From an uncultured Acidimicrobiia bacterium (GTDB lineage: Bacteria; Actinomycetota; Acidimicrobiia; Acidimicrobiales; AC-14), in NCBI GenBank assembly GCA_963836205.1, contig CAWIIV010000018.1:1-44200 (forward strand): a stretch of DNA of 44,200 nucleotides, given 5' to 3'. Position 1 is the first letter of the stretch. The number at the start of each line of letters is the position of its first letter. The notes under the pieces are model-generated. The model did no database searches. It was not told the DNA's origin and was given only the letters and a program-made list of their open reading frames with translations. This document shows positions 10,233-20,294 of this stretch, in pieces. Position numbers and translations under genes: made by a program.

Positions 10233-10280
10233 GCCGCCTTTTCTTGAGCCGCCATCTCTTGAGGCGCCCTTTCTTGAGGC
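10221..10280. repeat. 4 x 15-bp tandem repeat spanning the SBP1 stop codon
   Basis: GCCTTTTCTTGAGCC x2, GCCATCTCTTGAGGC, GCCCTTTCTTGAGGC. Confidence 0.9.
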
Positions 10281-10301
10281 GGTCTGAGCTGGGTGCCGCG
10301 G

Positions 10302-10326
10302 CGCCCCGGCCCGTTGAGCCGGGGCG
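10302..10326 (+). terminator. Intra-operon stem-loop after SBP1
   Basis: CGCCCCGGC-7nt-GCCGGGGCG perfect 9-bp stem; no long U tract. Confidence 0.5.
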
Positions 10327-10347
10327 TTCGGAGTAGCGAGTCCGGAG

Positions 10348-11414
10348 GTGGAGGTGGAGGCGGATGCGGCAGTGGAGGCGCCTCGTCGGCGGGTGCCCCA
10401 GACCCTCGTCGTGGGCATCCTGGTCGTCGCCCTCATGGTGGCGGTGACGGTTGCGGTGGGGGTGGGCCCCGTCCGCATCGGGCCCCTCGAGGTCGGCCGC
10501 ATCGTCGCCCGCCGGCTCTTCGGCGTGGGCGAGGTCCGCTGGACGTTGCTCGAGGAGGACATCGTCTGGAACCTACGGGTGCCGCGGGCGCTGCTGGGCG
10601 TCATCGTGGGCGGGGCCCTGGCCACGGCCGGCGTCCTCATCCAGGCCACGGTGCGCAACCCGCTGGCCGATCCCTACCTGCTGGGCGTCTCCCAGGGGGC
10701 GTCGGTGGGGGCGGTCGCCTTCATCGTGCTCGGCATCGGGGCCTTCGGCGTCTCGTCGGTTACCGCGGCCTCGGCTGTGGGCGCGGCCGGCGCCTTCGGG
10801 CTGGTCTACCTGCTGGCGACCGCGGCGGGGACGGAGAGCTCGCTGCGGGTCGTGCTGGCCGGCGTGGCCGTCGGCTACGCGATGCAGTCCGTCGTCTACT
10901 TCCTGCTCCTCCTGGCCGACAGCCCGGGCGAGACCAACAACGCCCTGTTCTGGATCGTCGGCAGCCTGGCCGCGGCTCGATGGTCGATGCTCCTGATCCC
11001 CGCGGTGGGAATGGTGGCGGTGCTGGTTGCGGCCATCTCCCGGGCGGGCGCGCTCAACGCCCTGCTGCTGGGGGACGAGAACGCCATCGCCTGCGGGGTC
11101 GACGTGACCCGGTTCCGCCGCCAGCTGCTGGTGGCGGCCTCGCTCCTCACCGGAGTGGCGGTGTCCGTGTCGGGGGCGATCGGCTTCGTCGGGCTGGTGG
11201 TGCCCCACGGTGCCCGGCTGGTCGTCGGTGGTGAGCACCGCCGCCTGCTGCCGGTGGCGGCCCTCGCCGGCTCCCTGTTCCTCGTGCTGGCCGATCTGGC
11301 TGCTCGGGTCGCCCTCTCCCAGCGGGAGCTGCCCATCGGGGTGGTCACCGGCCTGGTGGGCGCCCCCATCTTCGCCCTGCTCCTCGTCGGCCGCCGCCGC
11401 CAGGTGGAGGCCGG

Positions 11415-11418
<4 letters not shown>
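10348..11418 (+). CDS. FecCD-family ABC permease
   Basis: LRVPR, RNPLADPYLLGVSQGA, GAIGFVGLVVPH and ELPIGVVT. Confidence 0.95.
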
Positions 11419-12191
<773 letters not shown>

Positions 12192-12201
12192 GGGGAGGGC
12201 G

Positions 12202-13977
12202 ATGGACCCCGACCAACCCGTCAGCGTCCTGGGCCGGCTCCGCCTGCTCCTGGGAATCGCCGGCCGGGTGCGCCGACAGCTGTGGGTGTCGGTCGCCCTG
12301 GCGGTCGTCGCCACCGCTCTCCAGCTCGCGCCCTACTACCTCCTCTACCGGGCGGTCGACGCCATCGTGGCCGGCACCGCCAGCCGGGGCGGCCTCTTCG
12401 CGCTCGCCCTGGTCTCCGCCGCCTGCATCGCCGGGCGCTTCGTCCTGTGGGCGACGGCCATGTGGATCTCGCACGTGGCCTCGGCCGACATCGAGCGCAG
12501 TCTGCGGGTCGACGTCACCACCCACGTGGCCCGCCTGCCCATGGGGTGGTTCGGCACCCGCCGCAGCGGTGAGCTGAAGAAGCTGCTGGCCGAGGACCTC
12601 GGCCGGCTCGAGCTGTTCGTGGCCCATGCCGTGCCCGAGGTGGTCTCGGCGCTGGTGTGGTGGCTGGCGGTGACGGTATGGCTGTTCGTGGTCGACTGGC
12701 GGCTGGCGGCGGCGGTGCTGGCCACCGTGCCCGTCGCGTTCGCCCTGCTCGTGCTCTCGTGGCGGGGCACGGCGGAGAAGCTGGCCGAGGCGGAGGCGGC
12801 GTCGTCGAGGATGAACGGCTCGATCGTGGAGCTGCTCGTCGGCCTGCCCGTGCTCAAGGTGTTCCGGCGAGCGGAGGACGCGCTGGTCGAGACCCGGCGC
12901 ACGATCGAGCACTTCGCCCACCATCAGACGGAGTGGAGTCGGGAGTACGTCCCCCTGGCGACCGCCTTCTACCAGTTGGTCACCTACAACGTGGTGGCGG
13001 TGGTCGTCGTCGGCCTGCCCCTGGCGGCCACCGGAGCGGTCGGCACCAGTTCGCTGCTGCTTTTCCTGCTCCTCGGCCTCGGCTACGGGCTACCCCTCAT
13101 GCGCTTCTACACCCTCGGCGCCTTCGCCACGTTCATGGCGTCGGCGGCAATGCTCATCCAGCAGGTCCTCGACGAGGAACCCTTGCCCGACACGGGCCGC
13201 CGGGTAGAGCTCGACGGGGCCGCGGTCGAGTTCCGCGACGTCTCGTTCGGCTACGGCGACGGTGGCCGCGTCCTGCACCAGGTGAGCTTCACGGCGACCG
13301 AGGGCGCCGTCACCGCCCTGGTCGGGCCGTCGGGCGCGGGCAAGACCACCGTCGCCCGCCTGGTCGCCCGCTTCGCCGACCCCGACGAGGGCGCGGTCCT
13401 GCTCGGCGGGGTCGACCTACGGGCCGTGGCCGTCGACCAGCTCATGGAGAACGTCGCCGTGGTCGCCCAGGACCCCTTCCTGTTCCACGACTCGATCGAG
13501 GCCAACATCCGGGTGGGGCGGGCGGGCGCCACCGGCGAGGAGGTGCGGGCCGCGGCCCGGGCGGCCCGGGCCCACGATTTCGTGGAGGCGCTTCCCGACG
13601 GCTACGCCACCGTCGTCGGCGAGCGGGGGTCGACCCTGTCCGGCGGGCAGCGCCAGCGCATCACCATCGCCCGGGCCCTGCTCAAGGACGCCCCCGTCGT
13701 CGTGCTCGACGAGGCCACCGCCTTCGCCGACCCCGAGAGCGAGGCCGAGATCCAGGCCGCCATCGGTGCCTTGGTGGTGGGTCGGACGCTGATCGTCGTC
13801 GCCCACCGGCTCCAGACGGTGGTGGCGGCTGACCGCATCGTCGCGCTCGACGGCGGCCGGGTGGTGGCGAGCGGCACCCACGCCGAGAACCTGGCGGGCG
13901 GGGGTCGCTACTTGCGGATGTGGGAGGACGCCACCCGGGCCACTCCGCCACCGACGGTGACGGCGGTCGGACGATGA
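12202..13977 (+). CDS. Fused TMD-NBD ABC half-transporter, YbtP/IrtA-like
   Basis: SHVASA...LR, SGELKK...D...LE.FVAH.VPE, GPSGAGKT, LSGGQRQR, LDEATAFADPESE. Confidence 0.85.
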   Translation: MDPDQPVSVLGRLRLLLGIAGRVRRQLWVSVALAVVATALQLAPYYLLYRAVDAIVAGTASRGGLFALALVSAACIAGRFVLWATAMWISHVASADIERSLRVDVTTHVARLPMGWFGTRRSGELKKLLAEDLGRLELFVAHAVPEVVSALVWWLAVTVWLFVVDWRLAAAVLATVPVAFALLVLSWRGTAEKLAEAEAASSRMNGSIVELLVGLPVLKVFRRAEDALVETRRTIEHFAHHQTEWSREYVPLATAFYQLVTYNVVAVVVVGLPLAATGAVGTSSLLLFLLLGLGYGLPLMRFYTLGAFATFMASAAMLIQQVLDEEPLPDTGRRVELDGAAVEFRDVSFGYGDGGRVLHQVSFTATEGAVTALVGPSGAGKTTVARLVARFADPDEGAVLLGGVDLRAVAVDQLMENVAVVAQDPFLFHDSIEANIRVGRAGATGEEVRAAARAARAHDFVEALPDGYATVVGERGSTLSGGQRQRITIARALLKDAPVVVLDEATAFADPESEAEIQAAIGALVVGRTLIVVAHRLQTVVAADRIVALDGGRVVASGTHAENLAGGGRYLRMWEDATRATPPPTVTAVGR

Positions 13978-15788
13978 CCGCCACGCTCCCGTCAACGTCG
14001 GACACGCCCCGGGCTCGGGGCCAGTTGGCCTCGGTGGTCGACGTGTCCCGCCAGGTGTGGGCACTCGCCGGCCGCCACCGGGCGCCCCTGCGGCGGTGTC
14101 TCGTCATCCGGGTGCCCCTGGCCCTGCTCTCGGCGGTGCAGGTCCTCCTCGTCGTGGTCGCCATCGAGCGGGTCCGCACCGCCAGCCTGACCTCGACCGC
14201 GGCGTGGTGGATCGCAGGCGGGGTGACCGCCACGGCCGCGGTGCAGCTGGGACTGGCTGTCGCCGGCAACCGGATGGCGTGGCTGCACTGCTACCTCTTC
14301 GGCGGCGAGCTGCGAGTGCGCCTGCTCGACCGGGCTCGAGCCCTCCCCGTCGCCTACCACTCCCGACACCAGGCCGGCGAGACGACCATGGTCCTCACCG
14401 GCGACGTCACCCGGGTGGAGAACTTCGTCGGATGGAGCCTCCCGGTCCTCGTCGGCGACATCGCCCTACCGCTCTCGGTGTTGGCCGTGCTGGCGGTGCT
14501 CGACCTCCGCATGGCCGCCGCCACCGCCCTCTCGGTCGTGCTGGCCCTCCCCGCCCTGGCGTGGACCCAGCGCCGCCTGGCCGCCTTCACCGAGGCTCAT
14601 CGCGACCTCCACGGCCAGACCGTGGCCCGGGTGGTCGAGTACGTGCAGGGGATCGCAGTGGTCAGGGCGTTCAACCTCGCGGGCGAGCGCCAGGCCAGCT
14701 TCAAGGCGGCCACGGACGCCCTCCACGCCAACATGGTTCGGCTCCTGAGGACGGTGTCGCCCACCTACGCGGTGTTCACCACCGTGCTCCAGCTCGGGAT
14801 CGCGGTCACCCTGGCCGCGGTCGCCTACCTGCTCTTCGGCGGCCAGCTCGACGCCGGCACTGCGGTCGTGTTCCTGGTGCTGGCCGTCCGGGTCTACGAG
14901 CCGCTGTTCGACATCGCGGGACAGGTCGAGCCGGTGCCGCAGGTGGCCGCGTCCCTGGCCCGCATCCACGCCCTCCTCGATGCGCCGTGCGAACCGGTGC
15001 CAACCGTCACCCGGCCGATCGAGGCCTACGACCTGACCCTCGAAGCTGTCGACTTCTCCTACGGGGCCGCCCCCGTGCTGGTCGACGTCGGCTTCGCCGT
15101 GCCCGCCCGCACCATGACCGCCATCGTGGGCCCGTCGGGGGCGGGGAAGTCCACCATCCTCGGGCTCCTGGCCCGTCTCTACCGGCCGGGGGAAGGATCG
15201 GTCCGGATCGGCGGGGTCGACCTGCGGGAGGTGTCCGAGGGCGACCTGTACGACGCGGTGGGCGTCGTGTTCCAGGACGCCTACCTCTTCGGGGGCAACG
15301 TCCGCGACAACATCGCCGCCGGCCGGCCAGACGCATCCGACGACGAGCTGGTGGCGGCGGCCAGGGCCGCCGGCTGCCACGACGACATCGCCGCCCTGGT
15401 CGCGGGCTACGACACCTCGGTCGGGGAGGCCGGCCAGACACTGTCCGGCGGCGAGCGGCAACGGGTCACCCTGGCTCGGGCCCTGCTCAAGCGGGCACCG
15501 GTCCTGCTCCTCGACGAGGTGACCGCGGCTGTCGACCCGTCCACGGAGCGGGTCGTCACCGAGGCCCTCGACCGCCTCCGGGCCACCACCACGATCGTGG
15601 TCGTCTCCCACCGGCTGGCGACCGTCCGCTCCGCCGACCAGATCGTGGTCCTCGACGGCGGCCGGGTCGTGGGTCGGGGCACCCACGACGAGCTGGTGGT
15701 GGCGGGCGGCCTCTACGCCCGCTGGGTTGCCGATCGGGAACGGGTGGCCGGCTGGCGACTGACGTCGACGAGCCGGTGTGGGGACTGA
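13974..15788 (+). CDS. Fused TMD-NBD ABC half-transporter, YbtQ/IrtB-like
   Basis: ATGA overlap with partner; VEYVQGIAVVRAFNL, GPSGAGKS, LSGGERQR. Confidence 0.85.
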   Translation: MTATLPSTSDTPRARGQLASVVDVSRQVWALAGRHRAPLRRCLVIRVPLALLSAVQVLLVVVAIERVRTASLTSTAAWWIAGGVTATAAVQLGLAVAGNRMAWLHCYLFGGELRVRLLDRARALPVAYHSRHQAGETTMVLTGDVTRVENFVGWSLPVLVGDIALPLSVLAVLAVLDLRMAAATALSVVLALPALAWTQRRLAAFTEAHRDLHGQTVARVVEYVQGIAVVRAFNLAGERQASFKAATDALHANMVRLLRTVSPTYAVFTTVLQLGIAVTLAAVAYLLFGGQLDAGTAVVFLVLAVRVYEPLFDIAGQVEPVPQVAASLARIHALLDAPCEPVPTVTRPIEAYDLTLEAVDFSYGAAPVLVDVGFAVPARTMTAIVGPSGAGKSTILGLLARLYRPGEGSVRIGGVDLREVSEGDLYDAVGVVFQDAYLFGGNVRDNIAAGRPDASDDELVAAARAAGCHDDIAALVAGYDTSVGEAGQTLSGGERQRVTLARALLKRAPVLLLDEVTAAVDPSTERVVTEALDRLRATTTIVVVSHRLATVRSADQIVVLDGGRVVGRGTHDELVVAGGLYARWVADRERVAGWRLTSTSRCGD

Positions 15789-15796
15789 ATCCCGAC

Positions 15797-15847
15797 CGCA
15801 ACCGGATTGCAGCTCGCAATTGCATATCAGTGTAGTTGCCCTAGGGT
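15797..15847 (+). promoter_or_regulatory. Nur-box-like operator and promoter of a decayed SBP gene
   Basis: CGCAA-CCGGA-TTGCA (15797-15811); TTGCAT-16-TAGGGT (15820-15847). Confidence 0.6.
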
Positions 15848-15878
15848 CGGTCGGAGCCGTCAGGACGGAGGAAGCACC

Positions 15879-16084
15879 GCGAGGCGTTGTCGTCTGGCGG
15901 TAGTCGGCATCGTGCTGCAATCCGTCCTGCCGCATGTGGGGGCAGTGGTGACAACGATGCTGCGTCCGGGCCCTCCGAGACTCCTGCCGGCTTCCCGGTC
16001 ACCGTCGAGAACCGCGGCCGGCTGCTGGTCGATCGTGACCATGACCGTGTCGCAGAGCAGGTGACCGAGATCCGGGGAGCCTGA
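15879..16084 (+). pseudogene. Remnant of an SBP lipoprotein N-terminus
   Basis: GGAGG then GCG in place of a start codon; signal-like RRCRLAVVGIVL, frameshift, then AACGGSGD...GFPVTVENRG (cf. FPLTITNCG of intact SBPs). Confidence 0.7.
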
Positions 16085-16230
16085 CCGACGAGCTAATTGC
16101 AACTGCCCGGAGCACGCCGTTAGCGTTGCCCTCCTGAGGGCCGAGTAAGGCCGTTCGTCACTCCAGGAAGTCGGTTCGCTCGTTGGGAGCACAGATCACA
16201 CCCGCACGGCAGTCGGACGCGCGGTCTACC

Positions 16231-16689
16231 CGGGAGAACATCCGTCTGGGCCGGCCCGACGCCACCGACGAGGAGGTCGCGCTGGCCGCCGAGCGGGCCC
16301 TGGTCGGCGAGTTCCTCGACGAGCTGCCCGACGGCCTCGACACCGCGGTGGGCGAGCGGGGCGCCACCCTCTCGGGCGGGCAGCGCCAACGGATCGCCAT
16401 CGCCCGGGCCCTGCTGCGCGACGCCCAGGTGCTGGTGATGGACGAGGCCGTGTCCAACCTCGACACCCAGAGCGAGCAGCTGCTGCAGGTGGCCATGGCC
16501 GAGATCCGGCAGGGCCGCACGACCCTGCTCATCGCCCACCGCCTGTCGACCATCCGCAGCGCCGACCGGCTGGTGGTGCTGGAGGGGGGTCGGGTAGCCG
16601 AGACCGGCACCTACGCCGAGCTGATCGATGCCGGCGGCACGTTCGCCCACCTGGTCGCGGCCCAGCAGCTCGGCCTCCTCGACCGGTAG
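16231..16689 (+). pseudogene. C-terminal fragment of an ABC exporter-type NBD
   Basis: [33 protein letters not shown]; no Walker A and no TMD. Confidence 0.8.
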
Positions 16690-16722
16690 TCCGGCGGCCC
16701 CCGCGTCGGCCGGCACGACGAC

Positions 16723-18342
16723 GTGAACCGCGCCCCGACCGACCGCCGGTGGGTGTTGGTCCACGCCGCGGTCGCGGTCGCCCTGACCGCGCCACTGGCC
16801 TGGCAACTCGACCGGATCCCGATCGGGCGGGAGCCGGTGGCCACCGTAACCCTCTTCAACCTGTGGTCATTGCGGTGGACGGGCCAACGGGCCGCCCACC
16901 TCTTCGCCGGCTGGTGGGACGCGCCCATCTTCTGGCCCCACCCGGGGATGTACGCCGGCAGCGAGCTCCAGCCGGTGACGGGGGTCGCCCACGCCTTGCT
17001 CTCGCTTCCGGCCGGGCCCGTCGCCGGCTACGGCCTGGTCCTGCTCGTGACCCTCACGCTGAACGGGATCGCAGGCGCCGCACTGGCCCGGCGTCTCGGC
17101 GCCGCCGCCGTGCCGGCGGCGCTGGCCGGCGTGCTGGTCCAGGCGCTGCCGTTCGTCCACCGGCAGCTCGGCGTGATCCAGCTGCTGGCGCTGTGGCCGC
17201 TGCTGGCGGCCGTCACCTGCGCGCTGGCCTGGGCCGAGGACACCCGCCCCCGCCATGCCGTCCTCGGCGCCCTCTCTCTCGCCGCCGCCGTCGGCACCTG
17301 CGGCGTCTACGCGGCCCTGCTGGCGTTGAGCGCCGTCCCGGCCGCTGTCGTCCTGATCAGGCGGGACTGGTGGCGCGACCGCCGGCGGGCCGTCGGCACG
17401 CTCGCTGCGGCCGCGATCCTCGCCGGCCTCGTGCTCCCCCTGGTGATCGGCCAGCAGCGCCGCCTCCCCGGCAGCCGGCTGCTCCCGGCCAGTGTGTTTG
17501 CCGGGTCGGCCACCTGGGCCGACCTCGCACCGGGGGGACGATGGGGACCGGGATGGCCCCTGCTCCTTCTCGGGCTCGCCGGCGCCGCGCTCGCCGCTCG
17601 ACGCCGGTCGACCGCGCTCCTGGTCGCGTTCGGTGGCGCCGCCGCCCTCGCCGCCCTCGGACCGAACCTGTCGGTGGCGGGATGGCGGCCCTGGCTGTTC
17701 CTGGCCGACCACGTGGGCCCGATCGCCCGCCTGCGGGCACCTTTCCGGGCCACCGTCCTTGTCCAACTCGCCCTCGCCGCCCTCGCCGCCTCCGCCCTGC
17801 ACGCGCTGTGGGCCCACCGCCGAGCCGTGATCCGGGCCATCGCCCCCCTCGCCACCGTGCTTGCCGTCCTCGCCGCCGGTACGGGCCCAGGTCCGCTGGT
17901 GGGCGCGCCAACGACCGGCTCGGCGTGGCAGCGCTGGCTGGCCGAGCACCAAAACGGAGGAGCGGTGGCCCACCTGCCCTTCGCCCGCAGCCCCCTGGTC
18001 GCCAGCTACGAGCAGACGACGGCCTGGATGGTCCAGTCCCTCGACCACCACCATCCCCTGGTGAACGGCCTGACGACGTTCGAGCCGGCCGATGCCAACG
18101 ACCGGCGCCGGCGCCTCAACCGCTTCCCGGACGCAGACAGCATCGACCTCCTGGTCGGGCTCGGTGTCGCCTATGTCGTCGCCGACCCGGCCTGGTTCAC
18201 CGACGCCCGGGCCGCGGGCGCCGCCGATGCCGGCTTCGTCACCGTCCTCGCCGACGCCGACGGAGTGCTCCTACGCGTACCGCCGGAGGTCTCACCGCAC
18301 GGCGAGCAGCAGACCCTCCTGGAGGTCCCGCCAGACGATTGA
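16723..18342 (+). CDS. Polytopic membrane protein, possibly GT-C/YfhO-like glycosyltransferase fold
   Basis: Many TM segments; LFNLWSLRW, WWDAPIFWP, LRAPFR and PLVNG patterns recalled from this uncharacterised family. Confidence 0.55.
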   Translation: MNRAPTDRRWVLVHAAVAVALTAPLAWQLDRIPIGREPVATVTLFNLWSLRWTGQRAAHLFAGWWDAPIFWPHPGMYAGSELQPVTGVAHALLSLPAGPVAGYGLVLLVTLTLNGIAGAALARRLGAAAVPAALAGVLVQALPFVHRQLGVIQLLALWPLLAAVTCALAWAEDTRPRHAVLGALSLAAAVGTCGVYAALLALSAVPAAVVLIRRDWWRDRRRAVGTLAAAAILAGLVLPLVIGQQRRLPGSRLLPASVFAGSATWADLAPGGRWGPGWPLLLLGLAGAALAARRRSTALLVAFGGAAALAALGPNLSVAGWRPWLFLADHVGPIARLRAPFRATVLVQLALAALAASALHALWAHRRAVIRAIAPLATVLAVLAAGTGPGPLVGAPTTGSAWQRWLAEHQNGGAVAHLPFARSPLVASYEQTTAWMVQSLDHHHPLVNGLTTFEPADANDRRRRLNRFPDADSIDLLVGLGVAYVVADPAWFTDARAAGAADAGFVTVLADADGVLLRVPPEVSPHGEQQTLLEVPPDD

Positions 18343-19074
18343 CGCCTCCCGGAACCCGGCGCACCCGGCGGCGGCGACGTGGAGGGGGCCGTCGGGCCGG
18401 CACGGCCGCTCGCGGTCGCCCGGGAAGATGCGGTCGCGCTCGGCCAGCAGCTCGGCGAAGGTCGGGTCCTCGCGCACCGCGATCCACCACGTGTCCCAAT
18501 CCTCGGCGCCACACTGGACGGCCCGGTCGAGGCGGGCCGCGCTCAGCTCCTTCAGGGCCGAGGTGATCGCCGGGAGCCGGCCGGTGTCCGGCATGCTGTC
18601 GCCGTTCAGCAGCAGGGCCCCCTCGGGGAGCAGCCCGGCCAGCTGGGTGTATACCGCGGTCAGCTGGCCGCCGGTGAGCCAGTGGGTAGCGGTGGTCGAC
18701 AGCACCGCGTCGAAGGGGGGGCCGTCGGGGAGGGCGGCGACCCAGTCCGGCGTGGTGATGTCGGCCCGGACCCACTCCAGGCGACCCCCGAGGTCTCCGA
18801 GCGCGCCCTGGCCTAGCCGTAGCAGCACGGGATCGATGTCGACGGCGACGGAGGAGGCGTCCGGGTAGCGCTCGAGCAGCCGGGCCGAGATGGCGCCGGG
18901 ACCGCACATCAGGTCGAGGAACCGAGTCGGTTTCGGGCGCAGGGCGTCGATCAGCTCGAACATGATCCCGTAGCGGCGCTCCCGCTGCTCGATGTAGACC
19001 TCCTGCTGGACGTCCCAGCGCCGCAGAAGCTCGCCCCAATCGGTCGCCGTCCTGTCATCTGTCTGCTCGGTCAT
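18292..19074 (-). CDS. Class I SAM-dependent methyltransferase (MT2)
   Basis: FLDLMCGPG, VAVDIDP, FDAVLSTTATHWL, LLPEGALLLNGD. Confidence 0.9.
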   Translation of the reverse strand: MTEQTDDRTATDWGELLRRWDVQQEVYIEQRERRYGIMFELIDALRPKPTRFLDLMCGPGAISARLLERYPDASSVAVDIDPVLLRLGQGALGDLGGRLEWVRADITTPDWVAALPDGPPFDAVLSTTATHWLTGGQLTAVYTQLAGLLPEGALLLNGDSMPDTGRLPAITSALKELSAARLDRAVQCGAEDWDTWWIAVREDPTFAELLAERDRIFPGDRERPCRPDGPLHVAAAGCAGFREASIVWRDLQEGLLLAVR

Positions 19075-19098
19075 GGCCGCAGTCTAGTCGCGTCGCCT

Positions 19099-19127
19099 TT
19101 GACTATACGAACTGTTCGCAGTAGCTT
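19099..19127 (+). promoter_or_regulatory. Promoter with a Nur-like box in the spacer, in the divergent MT2/permease region
   Basis: TTGACT-17-TAGCTT; TACGA-ACTGT-TCGCA at 19106-19120; GTG start 8 nt after the -10. Confidence 0.7.
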
Positions 19128-19135
19128 CCAGAGCT

Positions 19136-20272
19136 GTGCTGCGCACCGATCAGGAGGACGGGCTCGGCGAGCGGCTGGCCGGTCTCGTCGTGCTCGAACC
19201 GGATCTGAGCGTTCTCGAGGACGACCTCGGGCACCTCGCCCACCGCCGGCGCACGGTCGTCCAGCTCACCGTGCTCGGCCTCAGCCTGGTGGCGACCGTC
19301 ATCGTCGCCGTCGGCCTCGGTCCGGTCTCGATCAACCCGGCCACCGTGGCCCGGATCATCGTCCACCACCTCACCGGTAGCTCGTCGCCGGTCGACTGGA
19401 CCTACGCCGAGGACGCCATCGTGTGGAAGGTCCGCGTGCCCCGGGTGCTGCTCGGCGCCCTGGTCGGGGCCGGGCTCGCCGTGTCTGGCGTCGTGCTCCA
19501 GGCCATGGTCCGCAACGTCCTGGCCGAGCCCTACCTGCTCGGCCTCAGCTCTGGCGCGTCGACCGGCGCGGCGGCCGCCATCATCCTCGGCATCGGGACG
19601 GGGCTGGGCGGGGTGTCGCTGTCGGTGACCGCGTTCTTCGGCGCCCTCGGCGCCGCCGTCCTGGTGTTCACCCTCGCCCGAGCCTCGGGGCGGGTCACCT
19701 CGTCCCGGCTCCTGCTGGCCGGCGTGTCGGTCGCCTACGTGCTCTTCGCCTCGACCAACCTCCTGATCTTCTTCGCGGGCAACCTGGCCCAGACCAGGGC
19801 CGTCCTGTTCTGGATGCTCGGCTCGGTCGCCCTGGCCCGCTGGGAGTTCCTCCTCGCCGCTGCGCCAGTGGTGCTCCTTAGCATTCCCTTGCTGATCCTC
19901 TGGGGCCGCAAGCTCGACGCCCTCGCCATCGGAGACGACACCGCCCTCGCCCTCGGCGTCCGGCCCGAGCGATTCCGCGCCCTGCTGCTGGTGGTGGTCG
20001 CGCTGATGGTCGGAACCGTGGTGGCGGTCTCCGGCGGCATCGGCTTCGTCGGCCTCATCATCCCCCACTTCGCCCGCCGCGTGGTCGGGTCTTCGCACCG
20101 CAAGGTCATCCCGGTAGCTGCCCTGATCGGCGCCATCTTCCTCGTGTGGGCCGACGTGGCTGGCCGCATCGTCGTCCCGCCCCGCGAGCTCCCCCTGGGG
20201 GTGGTCACCGCCGTCGTGGGCGGCCCATTCCTCCTCGTCCTCGTCCGCAAGCTCCACACGTCAGTCCAGTAA
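19136..20272 (+). CDS. FecCD-family ABC permease
   Basis: VRVPR, RNVLAEPYLLGLSSGA, GGIGFVGLIIPH, ELPLGVVT. Confidence 0.95.
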   Translation: MLRTDQEDGLGERLAGLVVLEPDLSVLEDDLGHLAHRRRTVVQLTVLGLSLVATVIVAVGLGPVSINPATVARIIVHHLTGSSSPVDWTYAEDAIVWKVRVPRVLLGALVGAGLAVSGVVLQAMVRNVLAEPYLLGLSSGASTGAAAAIILGIGTGLGGVSLSVTAFFGALGAAVLVFTLARASGRVTSSRLLLAGVSVAYVLFASTNLLIFFAGNLAQTRAVLFWMLGSVALARWEFLLAAAPVVLLSIPLLILWGRKLDALAIGDDTALALGVRPERFRALLLVVVALMVGTVVAVSGGIGFVGLIIPHFARRVVGSSHRKVIPVAALIGAIFLVWADVAGRIVVPPRELPLGVVTAVVGGPFLLVLVRKLHTSVQ

Positions 20273-20294
20273 CCCAAACCCATCAAGGAGACAG

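Noticed and set aside
10230-10280. Selenocysteine readthrough of the repeated TGA codons
   Set aside because: The first TGA falls at the normal HPDAFS C-terminus of this family and the repeats are explained by tandem duplication
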